Source of the DNA: Actinomycetota bacterium
GTDB lineage: Bacteria > Actinomycetota > Acidimicrobiia > Acidimicrobiales > Ilumatobacteraceae
NCBI GenBank assembly: GCA_039800005.1
Contig: JBDLRN010000064.1
Span: 5,540 to 69,539, forward strand
Length of the DNA: 64,000 nucleotides
Direction: 5' to 3'
Position numbers and translations under genes: made by a program. Under the pieces are notes generated by a model that saw nothing but the letters and a program-made list of their open reading frames with translations, made no database searches and was not told where the DNA came from. Each line of letters begins with the position of its first letter. The first letter of the stretch is position 1. Positions 54,447 to 63,442 of this stretch are shown one piece after another.

Positions 54447-55507
54447 TGAACGCCGCCTCGCTCCTCGCCGTCGACCTGCCGTACTGGGCGCAGTCGCTCC
54501 TGCGCGTCCTCGGTGGAATCGTCGCCGTGCTCCTGCCGGCCGGCACGATCGTCTACGTCTTCCTCTTCAAGATGATGTCGTTCATGCAGAGCCGACTCGG
54601 ACCCATGGAAGCCGGACCCTTCGGTTCTCTCCAGTTGGTGGCCGAAGTCGGCAAGTGGCTGCAGAAGGAGGACATCACTCCGGAGCGGGCCGATCGGTTC
54701 ATCTTCAAGGCCGCGCCGTTGGTGGTGCTGGTCTCGACGTTCTTGTTGGTGGCAGTCGTGCCGTTCGGTCCCGATGCGTGGTTCACCGACTTCGAAGCCG
54801 GTGTCTTCTACATGCTCGCGGTGGGTTCGGTGAGCGTGCTCGGCATCATCATGGCGGGCTGGGCCAGTGCCAACAAGTACTCGCTCCTCGGCGGTTTGCG
54901 AGCCGCCGGTCAGCTCATCGCCTACGAGTTGCCGATGGTGCTCGCCGTGGTCGGTGTGATCATCCAGGCCGGCAGCATGAACCTCCAGCAGATCGTGTTC
55001 GCGCAGAACGCCGGCTCGATGTTCGGCTGGGACGGTCTGGGCAATCCGTATCTGCTCACTCAGTTCGTGGGCTTCCTCGTCTTCATGATCGCCGTCCAGG
55101 CCGAACTCACCCAGGCGCCGTTCGACATGCCGATCGCCGAATCCGAACTCGTGTCGGGTTACATGACCGAGTACTCGGGATTCCGCTTCCTGACCTTCTT
55201 CATCGCCGAGTTCGCCACCGCAGGCGTGTTCTCGCTCATCGCCTCGGTGCTGTTCCTCGGTGGCTGGGGCATTCCGTTCGCCTGGTTCGGTTGGGAGACG
55301 CTGAACGACGTCGACGACTGGATGAACGTCGTCGGCCCGCTGATCATGGTCGCCAAGATGATGCTGCTCGCCTTCATCATCATGTGGGTCCGTTTCAGTT
55401 ATCCGCGTTTCCGCGAGGACCAGTTGCAGAAGTTCGCGTGGAAGGTGCTCGTTCCCGTGTCGTTGATCAACATCATGTTCACCGCGATTCTGAAGGTGGC
55501 GTTCTGA
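54446..55507 (+). CDS. nuoH: NADH-quinone oxidoreductase subunit H (second cluster; follows nuoD directly)
   Basis: ATG 54446 overlaps the nuoD stop (TGATG). [32 protein letters not shown]. Confidence 0.9.
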   Translation: MNAASLLAVDLPYWAQSLLRVLGGIVAVLLPAGTIVYVFLFKMMSFMQSRLGPMEAGPFGSLQLVAEVGKWLQKEDITPERADRFIFKAAPLVVLVSTFLLVAVVPFGPDAWFTDFEAGVFYMLAVGSVSVLGIIMAGWASANKYSLLGGLRAAGQLIAYELPMVLAVVGVIIQAGSMNLQQIVFAQNAGSMFGWDGLGNPYLLTQFVGFLVFMIAVQAELTQAPFDMPIAESELVSGYMTEYSGFRFLTFFIAEFATAGVFSLIASVLFLGGWGIPFAWFGWETLNDVDDWMNVVGPLIMVAKMMLLAFIIMWVRFSYPRFREDQLQKFAWKVLVPVSLINIMFTAILKVAF

Positions 55508-55998
55508 TGCCCAAGGTCCCCGGTCTCATCAAAGGTCTCGGTGTCACCCTCAACACGCTCGTCCGTACGACGACGCAGGGTGCCAACACCGTGCAGTACC
55601 CGCACGAGAAGGAAGCACCGCCGCTGCGCGCGCGCGGTGTCATCGCCCTGCGCGAAGACAATTGCACGTCGTGCATGTTGTGCGCGCGCTCGTGTCCCGA
55701 CTGGTGCATCTACATCGAGGGTCACAAGGAACTCGCTCCGCCGCGCCGCGCTGGTGGCAAGCCCCGTCAGGTGAACAAGCTCGACCGCTTCGACATCGAC
55801 TACGCGCTGTGCATGTACTGCGGCATCTGCGTGGAAGTGTGCCCCTTCGACGCTCTCTTCTGGAGCCCCGAGTACGAGTACAGCGAACCGCACATCGCCG
55901 ATCTGCTCCACGACAAGAACAAATTGGGCGAGTGGATGGAAACCGTGCCCGAGGCTCCGGCTCTCGAGGCCGGCGCCGAGAAGAAGGGCAAGAAGTGA
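55507..55998 (+). CDS. nuoI: NADH-quinone oxidoreductase subunit I (second cluster)
   Basis: [12 protein letters not shown] and [12 protein letters not shown]. Confidence 0.9.
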   Translation: MPKVPGLIKGLGVTLNTLVRTTTQGANTVQYPHEKEAPPLRARGVIALREDNCTSCMLCARSCPDWCIYIEGHKELAPPRRAGGKPRQVNKLDRFDIDYALCMYCGICVEVCPFDALFWSPEYEYSEPHIADLLHDKNKLGEWMETVPEAPALEAGAEKKGKK

Positions 55999-56516
55999 TG
56001 GTCGCCGCCGACGTCCTCGTGGCCCAGAACGTCGGGTTCGGGATCATCTCGTTGTTGATGATCGTCGGCGCCCTACGAGTCGTCACCGTGAAGAACGTCG
56101 TTCATGCCGCTCTCTGGCTGGTCATCGTCCTCTCGGGTGCCGCCGCCCAGTACCTGCTGCTGTCGGCCGAATTCGTGGCGGTGACCCAGGTGCTCGTCTA
56201 CGTGGGAGCGGTGATGGTGCTGTTCCTGTTCGGCACCATGCTCACCCGCGCCAAGATCGGTGCCGAGGCCGACCTGAACAACAAGAACTGGGGTATCGCC
56301 GTTCCGGTGTCGCTGGTCATGCTCGGCGTGATCTCGTGGGTACTGATCGACGGTTTCGGTGACGACCGGCTTCCGAACCCTGACGAAGCCGGCCAGGTGC
56401 CCGTTCAGGTGTTGAGTGACGACATCTTCGGCCCGTACCTCCTGCCCTTCTGGGCCCTGTCGTTCGTCCTGCTCGCCGCCGTCATCGGTGCCATCGTTCT
56501 GGCCAGGAAGGACTGA
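55998..56516 (+). CDS. nuoJ: NADH-quinone oxidoreductase subunit J (second cluster)
   Basis: ATG 55998 (TGATG). AEFVAVTQVLVYVGAVMVLFLF. Confidence 0.85.
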   Translation: MVAADVLVAQNVGFGIISLLMIVGALRVVTVKNVVHAALWLVIVLSGAAAQYLLLSAEFVAVTQVLVYVGAVMVLFLFGTMLTRAKIGAEADLNNKNWGIAVPVSLVMLGVISWVLIDGFGDDRLPNPDEAGQVPVQVLSDDIFGPYLLPFWALSFVLLAAVIGAIVLARKD

Positions 56517-56521
56517 GAGCC

Positions 56522-56821
56522 ATGCTGACCGTCCAGTTCCTCCTGTTGGCCGCGATCCTGTTCTCGATCGGCGTGTACGGCGTACTCGCTCGCAAGAACG
56601 CGGTCATGGTCCTCATGTCGATCGAGTTGATCCTGAACGCGGTCAACTTGAACCTCATCGCCTTCGCCTATCGACTCCAGTCGATCGACGGCAACACCTT
56701 CGCCTTGTACGTGATCGCCATCGCAGCGGCCGAAGTGGGCGTGGGTCTGGCCCTCGTGCTCCTGATCTACCGCAACCGGCGCTCCATCGCGCTCGACGAA
56801 CTGTCCGAGATGAAGGGCTGA
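56522..56821 (+). CDS. nuoK: NADH-quinone oxidoreductase subunit K (second cluster)
   Basis: SIELILNAVNL...AAAEVGVGLAL. Confidence 0.9.
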   Translation: MLTVQFLLLAAILFSIGVYGVLARKNAVMVLMSIELILNAVNLNLIAFAYRLQSIDGNTFALYVIAIAAAEVGVGLALVLLIYRNRRSIALDELSEMKG

Positions 56822-56824
56822 TCG

Positions 56825-59236
56825 ATGATCGCTGCCGAAGCCTCCCACGTCATGTCCCATTCCGCCGGCTGGTTCCTCGAGCACGCCTGGATCATCCCGA
56901 TCGTTCCGGCGGTCGCGTTCGTGCTCATCATCTTCTTCGGCAAGCGTCTGCCGATGAAGGGCAGCGAACTGGGCGTCGCGTCGATGATCGGTTCGCTCGT
57001 GCTCGCGCTCGGCGCGGCATATCAGTGGATCCAGCGCGTCGACGACGCGTCCGGCCACAGTGCCGCGTCGTTGATGAAGGCCGGTGGCGAATCGTCGCCG
57101 TTCGTGGGTCCGGTCATCCGTGAATGGACCTGGTGGCAGAGCGGCGGCCTCGAGTTCGGAATCGGCCAGCACATCGACGGACTCGCGCTCACGCTCCTCG
57201 TGGTGGTCGCCTTCATCTCGACGCTGGTGCAGTTCTACTCGCTCGAGTACCTGCGCGGAGATCGTCGCTACACCCACTTCTTCGCCGCGCTCACGCTGTT
57301 CTCGGCCGGCATGTTGAGCATGGTGCTCGCACCCAACATGGTGCAGCTCATCCTCGGCTGGGAGATCATGGGCCTCTGCTCGTTCATGTTGATCGGGCAC
57401 TGGTGGGAGGACCAGGCCAACGCCCGCGCCGCCCTGAAAGCCTTCTTCACCGTGCGCGTCGGCGACGTCGGCTTGCTGGTGGGTACCGGGGTCCTCTTCT
57501 TCTCGGCCAATGCCTGGACGCAGCAGAACCTGGGCGTCAGCGGTTTCAACATCTCGGGTCTGTCGGCCTGGGCCATGTCGGGTGCGGCGAGCCAGAGCGC
57601 GCTCACGTGGGGCGCGGTCGCCCTCTTCATCGCCTGCATCGGCAAGTCCGGCCAGTTCCCGCTGCACACCTGGTTGCCCGACGCCATGGCCGGACCCACG
57701 CCGGTCAGTTCGCTGCTCCACTCGAGCACCATGGTCGTGGCCGGCGTGTTCCTGGTCGCTCGCGTGTACCCGGTCTTCTGGGAAGGCCTCGAGATCACCG
57801 ACACTAACATCAACTTCATCGCCCTCATCGGCGGTGTCACCATCGTGATCGCCGCGCTGCTGGCGTTCGTGCAGCACGACATCAAGAAGGTGCTGGCGTA
57901 CTCAACGGTGTCGCAGCTCGGCTACATGATGCTCGGCCTCGGTGCCGGCGCCTGGTTGCCGGCTGTGTTCCACATCTTCACGCACGCCTTCTTCAAGGCG
58001 TGTCTGTTCCTCGCCGCCGGCTCGGTGAGCCATTCGGGTTCGCATCACTCCTTCGACATGAAGAAGGACATGGGCGGTTTGGCCAAGAAGATGCCCATCA
58101 CGGCGACCACGTGGATCATTTCCACGCTCGCCCTGGCGGGCGTGTTCCCGCTGGCCGGTTTCTTCTCCAAGGACGAGATCATCGACAACGTCGGCCACAA
58201 CGGCTACCAGGTCTTCATGATCGTCGGTCTGTGCGGGGCCTTCCTCACCGCCGCCTACATGACCCGCGCGACGTACCTCACCTTCTTCGGTGAAGCACGC
58301 GGTGCGGCGGCCGGTGAACATCACGACGACCATGCCGATGCACATGCCGATCACGGTCACGCCGACGATCACGGACACGATGCTCACGCGGCGCACGGAG
58401 CGCACGACGATCACGGACACGATGGTCATGATGCTCACGGCCCGCACGAGAGCCCCAAGCTCATCACCGTGCCGCTGGTGATCCTGGCCGCGCTCGCCCT
58501 CACCGCCGGTCTGGCCAACGCCACGCCGTTCGGATCGAGTTGGGAACGTTTCAAGAAGTACGTCGAACCGAGTCCGGCCTTCGTGGTCGCCGAGTCCACC
58601 ATGGCCACCGGTCCCGGTGAAGCGATCCGCATCGTCGAGGCCACCACGGCCACCGAAGGTGGCGGGGAAGAGGCCAAGGCCGGTTGCTCGTACGAGAACC
58701 CGCCTGCGGGCGAGGTCTGCTACTTCCCGGCCGTCAGCCATGCCAAGTTCAAGTGGAGCAAGGGTCTCTTGTCGCTCGCGATCGTGGCCGCCGGCCTGGT
58801 GTCGAGTTGGGTCTTCAGCGTTCAGTACTACACGCGTCGTAACCGTCGACTCGTGGGGCTCACCGAACGCAGCCGCGTGTTGCGCGGTGGCTATCAGTTC
58901 CTCTGGAACAAGTACTACCTCGACGTTCTCTACGAGAAGTACATCGTGCGCGCCGTCGCCTATCCGATCGCCAAGGCCACCAACTGGTTCAACCAGAACG
59001 CCATCGACGGAGTGGTCAACGGTTCCGGTCGCATCTCCCGCCGCATCGCAGGCTGGGTGTATCGCAACATCGATCAACGCGTCGTCGACGGCGCGGTGAA
59101 CACCTCGGGCGCCGCGGCCCGAGGCACGGGTGGGGCCCTGCGTCCCATCCAGTCCGGCAAGGTCAATCAGTACGGAGCGCTGCTGTTCGCTGCGGCCGCC
59201 ATCGGCGCTCTCGTACTCGTCATCATCAACACCTGA
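56825..59236 (+). CDS. nuoL: NADH-quinone oxidoreductase subunit L (second cluster; enlarged, 803 aa, His/Asp-rich insert)
   Basis: ILGWEIMGLCSF, WLPDAMAGPTPVSSLLHSSTMV. Insert GEHHDDHADAHADHGHADDHGHDAHAAHGAHDDHGHDGHDAHGPHE. Confidence 0.9.
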   Translation: MIAAEASHVMSHSAGWFLEHAWIIPIVPAVAFVLIIFFGKRLPMKGSELGVASMIGSLVLALGAAYQWIQRVDDASGHSAASLMKAGGESSPFVGPVIREWTWWQSGGLEFGIGQHIDGLALTLLVVVAFISTLVQFYSLEYLRGDRRYTHFFAALTLFSAGMLSMVLAPNMVQLILGWEIMGLCSFMLIGHWWEDQANARAALKAFFTVRVGDVGLLVGTGVLFFSANAWTQQNLGVSGFNISGLSAWAMSGAASQSALTWGAVALFIACIGKSGQFPLHTWLPDAMAGPTPVSSLLHSSTMVVAGVFLVARVYPVFWEGLEITDTNINFIALIGGVTIVIAALLAFVQHDIKKVLAYSTVSQLGYMMLGLGAGAWLPAVFHIFTHAFFKACLFLAAGSVSHSGSHHSFDMKKDMGGLAKKMPITATTWIISTLALAGVFPLAGFFSKDEIIDNVGHNGYQVFMIVGLCGAFLTAAYMTRATYLTFFGEARGAAAGEHHDDHADAHADHGHADDHGHDAHAAHGAHDDHGHDGHDAHGPHESPKLITVPLVILAALALTAGLANATPFGSSWERFKKYVEPSPAFVVAESTMATGPGEAIRIVEATTATEGGGEEAKAGCSYENPPAGEVCYFPAVSHAKFKWSKGLLSLAIVAAGLVSSWVFSVQYYTRRNRRLVGLTERSRVLRGGYQFLWNKYYLDVLYEKYIVRAVAYPIAKATNWFNQNAIDGVVNGSGRISRRIAGWVYRNIDQRVVDGAVNTSGAAARGTGGALRPIQSGKVNQYGALLFAAAAIGALVLVIINT

Positions 59237-59247
59237 GGAGACACGGC

Positions 59248-60849
59248 ATGGAAGTACTCCGTGACCAAAACTGGCTACTGACCGTCGGCACATTCTTGCC
59301 GCTGGTCGGCGTGCTGGTGATGCTGTTCATTCCCAAGGCCGACGAAGAGCTCCACAAGTTGGTCGCTCTCGTCACCGCTGCGGCCACGCTGGGAGTCGGC
59401 ATCTACACCCTCACCCAGTTCGACTTCGACCAGTCCGAGAAGCTGCAGTTCTTCGCCGACACCGAGTGGATCAAGGTCATCTCGAGCAATTACACGATCG
59501 GTCTCGACGGCATGAGCCTGCCGCTCTACGTCCTGTCGATGATCGTCACCTTCCTGGTGATGATCTACTCCTGGAACCACATCCCGTCGCCGGGCAACCC
59601 GAAGGCCTTCCTCAGCCTCATGTTGATCCTGCAAACGGGTATGGCCGGAACCTTCGTCGCGCAGGACCTCATCCTCTTCTTCGTGTTCTTCGAAGTGGTG
59701 CTCCTGCCGATGTACTTCATGATCGGCGTGTGGGGTGGCGAACAGCGTCAGTACGCGTCGCTCAAGTTCTTTCTCTACACGATGTTCGGATCGGCCCTCA
59801 TGTTGGTCGCTTTCATCGCTCTCTTCTTCAAGGTACGCGGCGCGCTGCCCGAAGGTGTCGAGCCGTCGTTCTCGATTCCGATGCTCACCGAATACGGCGG
59901 ATTGCTCGGCCGTTCGGCGCAGGTCTGGATCTTCGCCGGCATGTTCATCGGATTCGCCGTCAAAGTTCCGATGTTCCCGTTCCACACGTGGTTGCCCGAT
60001 GCTCACACGCAGGCGCCCACGCAGGGTTCGGTCATCCTGGCCGCCATCCTCCTGAAGCTCGGAACCTACGGCTTCGTGCGTATCGCCATTCCGATCCTTC
60101 CCGAAGCGGCCAAGGAATGGGCGCCCTGGATCGGCTTGTTGGCCGTGATCGGCATCATCTACGGCGCCTTCGGCTGTCTCGCCCAGACCGACATGAAGCG
60201 GCTCATCGCCTTCTCGTCGGTGGCGCACATGGGTTTCGTGATGCTCGGCATCTCGACCCTCACGCCGATGGGTTTCAACGCCGCCCTGTTCGGCATGGTC
60301 GCCCATGGTCTCATCACCGGCATGTTGTTCTTCGTGGCGGGAAGTGTGAAGGAGCGCTACCACACGCTCGAGATCGCGCGCCTCGGCGGCATGCTGAAGC
60401 AGATGCCGAAGTTGGGATGGATCCTCGGTTTCAGCGCCATGGCGTCGCTCGGCCTGCCGGGCCTGGCCGGTTTCTGGGGCGAGTTCCCGGCCATCCTCGC
60501 CGCCTACTCGCCGGCCGATGGTCTCCCGGTCGAGACCTTCCGCACCTACATGATCATCGCCGCCATCGGCACGGTGTTCGCCGCGGCCTATCTCTTGTGG
60601 ATGTTCCAGCGCACCGCGTTCGGTGAGCCCAAGCCCGAGTTCGCCGGTGGCGGTCACGGATCGCACGGCGATCATGGTCACGGCCACGATGATCACGGTC
60701 ACGACGACCTGCACGACGTGAACACCTACGAGTGGATCGCCTGGACCCCGTTCCTCATCGCCATCGTGGTGTTCGGTGTGTACCCGCAACTCATGTTCGA
60801 GATCTTCGACCCGGCGGTCGAAGTCGCGCTGTCGGCGTTCGGAGGCTGA
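59248..60849 (+). CDS. nuoM: NADH-quinone oxidoreductase subunit M (second cluster; His-rich loop)
   Basis: HTWLPDAHTQAPTQGSVILAAILLK. GGGHGSHGDHGHGHDDHGHDDLHD. Confidence 0.9.
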   Translation: MEVLRDQNWLLTVGTFLPLVGVLVMLFIPKADEELHKLVALVTAAATLGVGIYTLTQFDFDQSEKLQFFADTEWIKVISSNYTIGLDGMSLPLYVLSMIVTFLVMIYSWNHIPSPGNPKAFLSLMLILQTGMAGTFVAQDLILFFVFFEVVLLPMYFMIGVWGGEQRQYASLKFFLYTMFGSALMLVAFIALFFKVRGALPEGVEPSFSIPMLTEYGGLLGRSAQVWIFAGMFIGFAVKVPMFPFHTWLPDAHTQAPTQGSVILAAILLKLGTYGFVRIAIPILPEAAKEWAPWIGLLAVIGIIYGAFGCLAQTDMKRLIAFSSVAHMGFVMLGISTLTPMGFNAALFGMVAHGLITGMLFFVAGSVKERYHTLEIARLGGMLKQMPKLGWILGFSAMASLGLPGLAGFWGEFPAILAAYSPADGLPVETFRTYMIIAAIGTVFAAAYLLWMFQRTAFGEPKPEFAGGGHGSHGDHGHGHDDHGHDDLHDVNTYEWIAWTPFLIAIVVFGVYPQLMFEIFDPAVEVALSAFGG

Positions 60850-60852
60850 TCA

Positions 60853-62370
60853 GTGTTGTCGTCGATTCTCGCCCAGGTGCCGTGGCAGGCGCCGACGGTC
60901 GACTATCACGCGCTCGCGCCCGAGATCGTGCTGGCGGCCGGTATCTGCCTCGTCATCGTCGTCGACCTCGTGGTCGGTGAGACGAAGAAGTGGATCGCTG
61001 CGTCCCTGACCGGCTTCGTACTGCTCGGCGCGCTGTTGCCGGTCGTCACGCTCGCCGTTCACGACTCCGACGTTCGTTCGCTGTTCGACGGACGGTACGT
61101 GATCGACGAGTTCTCGCTCACTCTGAAAGCACTCTTCCTCATCGCCGGTTACGTGGTGGTCCTGCTCTCTCAGAATCACGTGGAAGAAGGCGACTATCAC
61201 CAGGGCGAGTACTACATCTTGTTGCTCACGTCGCTCACCGGTATGGCGATGATGGCGTCGAGCCGTGATCTCGTCAGCATCTTCGTCGCTCTCGAGTTCC
61301 TGAGCATTCCGGCCTACATGCTCGCCGCGTGGCGCAAGCGTGACCGCAAGAGCAACGAAGCCGGCGTGAAGTACTACCTGCTCGGCGTGTTCGCCTCGGC
61401 GGTCATGTTGTACGGCATGAGTCTTCTCTACGGCGTCACAGGTTCGACTCTCCTGACCGACATCGGCCGGAGCATCACGGTCGACGGCGACTTCGGCGGG
61501 GTTCACGTGCTGGCCGTGGTGTTCGTGATCGTCGGCTTCGCCTTCAAGGTGTCGGCGGTTCCGTTCCACACCTGGGCTCCCGACACGTACGAAGGTGCGC
61601 CCACGCCCATCACCGCCTTCTTGTCGGTGGCGAGCAAGGCGGCTGGTTTCATCGCTCTGGTGACCGTGATCTACGTCGGCTTCCCGCAGGCGTCCGATGT
61701 GTGGCAACCGTTCCTCTGGGTGATGGCCGCTCTCACCATGACGGTGGGCAACTTGGTCGCGCTGCGTCAGACCAACATCGTGCGCATGCTCGCCTACTCG
61801 TCGATCAGCCAGGGCGGCTTCATCCTCATGCCGCTCGCAGTGGCCGGGATCGGCGACGCCGCCGAACCGGCTCTGCAGGCCGTGGTCGTGTATCTGCTCG
61901 TGTACGCGGCGATGAATCTCGGCATGTTCGCGGTGGTCATCGCCGTGAGCCGCACCACGCGCAGTGGTGAGATCTCGAGTCTCGGTGGACTCTTCTCGTA
62001 CGCGCCCGGACTCGGCGTGTTGATGACATTGTTCCTCGCGTCGTTGGCCGGCATCCCGCCTCTCGGCGGTTGGATCGCCAAGTTCGCCGCTTTCCGTGCC
62101 GTACTCGAGGCCGGCAACGGTTGGGCCTACGCCATCGCCGTGATCGGTGCCGTCAACTCGGTCGTCGCCTTCGGCTACTACGGCAACGTCATGCGCGAGA
62201 TCTGGATGCGTCCCACGCCTCACGGTGAGACGACTGCCGTGCGCACGCCGGGTTCCCTCGTGGCGGCCCTCACCATCACTGGTGCGGCCACCGTCGTGCT
62301 CGGTGTGCTGCCGGGATCGGTGTTGCGCTTCGGCGATCTGTCCGATCTGGTCGGCGCCTTCGGCGGCTGA
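60853..62370 (+). CDS. nuoN: NADH-quinone oxidoreductase subunit N (second cluster)
   Basis: FKVSAVPFHTWAPDTYEGAPTP. GTG 60853. Confidence 0.9.
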   Translation: MLSSILAQVPWQAPTVDYHALAPEIVLAAGICLVIVVDLVVGETKKWIAASLTGFVLLGALLPVVTLAVHDSDVRSLFDGRYVIDEFSLTLKALFLIAGYVVVLLSQNHVEEGDYHQGEYYILLLTSLTGMAMMASSRDLVSIFVALEFLSIPAYMLAAWRKRDRKSNEAGVKYYLLGVFASAVMLYGMSLLYGVTGSTLLTDIGRSITVDGDFGGVHVLAVVFVIVGFAFKVSAVPFHTWAPDTYEGAPTPITAFLSVASKAAGFIALVTVIYVGFPQASDVWQPFLWVMAALTMTVGNLVALRQTNIVRMLAYSSISQGGFILMPLAVAGIGDAAEPALQAVVVYLLVYAAMNLGMFAVVIAVSRTTRSGEISSLGGLFSYAPGLGVLMTLFLASLAGIPPLGGWIAKFAAFRAVLEAGNGWAYAIAVIGAVNSVVAFGYYGNVMREIWMRPTPHGETTAVRTPGSLVAALTITGAATVVLGVLPGSVLRFGDLSDLVGAFGG

Positions 62371-62380
62371 TCCGGCGTTC

Positions 62381-63391
62381 ATGGCCGACGAACCGGCCCT
62401 CGTCCGCTTCGACGAGTTCCTCGACGACGCGCTCTACGGGCCGAGCGGCTTCTACACCACCGGTGGCCGAGCCGGTCGGCGGGGCGACTTCATCACGTCA
62501 CCCGAAGTGGGCCCGTTGTTCGGAGCGGTGCTCGCGCGTTGGTGCGACGCCATGTGGCGTGAACTCGGCGAACCGTCGGACTTCTGCGTGTACGACCTGG
62601 GTGCGGGTCCGGGGACCCTGGCCCGCTCGATCCTCGCCTCCGCGCCAGAGTGTCTGGGTGGTGACGCGTCGCGTTACGTGGCGGTGGAGGTGTCGGCCGA
62701 ACAGCGGGCCCGTCACCCCGAGGGCATCACCTCGGTGAGTGAGATCGGGGGCCGAGGCGACGGGTCACGGCTCACGGGAGTGGTGATCGCCAACGAACTG
62801 CTCGACAACGTGCCGTTCCGCATGCTGGTGTTCGATGGTGGATGGCGCGAATCGTGGGTGCTGCGCGACGGCGAGAACGCGAGTGAAGTGTTGCGCGACG
62901 TCGACGGTGAGATCCCGGTGCGCCTGCCCGATCGAGCGCCGCACGGTGCCCGGGTGCCGTGGCACGAACGCGGAGTGCAGATGTTGCGCGACGTGTCGGA
63001 TCGACTCGACGGACATCTGTTGGTGATCGACTACATGGTGCCGGTCACGGCGTCGTTGGCGCAGCGACCGTGGCGCGAATGGTTGCGTACGTATCGCGGC
63101 CAGGAGCGCGGCGCGCACTACCTGCGCGACGTCGGGAAGCAGGACGTCACCACCGAGGTGTGCGTCGATCAACTCGAGGCCGGACTCGGTGCGGCGCGAG
63201 CCGTGCGGTCCCAGGCCCAGTTCCTCCAGCTGTGGGGGATCGAGGAGTTGGTCGAGGAAGGCAAACGGGTGTGGGCCACCGAGGCGGCGCGCCCTGGACT
63301 GCGCGCGATGACGATGCGCAGTCGGGTGAGCGAAGCCGAAGCCCTTCTCGACCCGGCCTCTCTCGGCTCCTTTACTGCCCTCACATGGTGA
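62381..63391 (+). CDS. MidA/NDUFAF7-family (DUF185) SAM-dependent methyltransferase
   Basis: ATG 62381, 10 nt after the nuoN stop. FDEFLDDALYGPSGFYT...GDFITSPEVGPLFG...VYDLGAGPGTLA...ANELLDNVPF. The stop codon lies inside repeat copy C. Confidence 0.7.
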   Translation: MADEPALVRFDEFLDDALYGPSGFYTTGGRAGRRGDFITSPEVGPLFGAVLARWCDAMWRELGEPSDFCVYDLGAGPGTLARSILASAPECLGGDASRYVAVEVSAEQRARHPEGITSVSEIGGRGDGSRLTGVVIANELLDNVPFRMLVFDGGWRESWVLRDGENASEVLRDVDGEIPVRLPDRAPHGARVPWHERGVQMLRDVSDRLDGHLLVIDYMVPVTASLAQRPWREWLRTYRGQERGAHYLRDVGKQDVTTEVCVDQLEAGLGAARAVRSQAQFLQLWGIEELVEEGKRVWATEAARPGLRAMTMRSRVSEAEALLDPASLGSFTALTW

Positions 63392-63442
63392 TCTGGTGAG
63401 GAATTTTCACCGTATAGGTGAAGATCACGCACCAGATTCGGC
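63387..63442 (+). repeat. REP/MITE-like palindromic unit, copy C
   Basis: GGTGATCTGGTGAGGAATTTTCACCGTATAGGTGAAGATCACGCACCAGATTCGGC. Contains the stop codons of both convergent flanking genes. Confidence 0.85.

Noticed and set aside
58313-58450. Short periodic GATCACGG(T/A)CAC-type DNA repeats that could be mistaken for a repeat array or CRISPR.
   Set aside because: They are in frame within nuoL and encode the His/Asp-rich insert. There is no spacer-repeat architecture.
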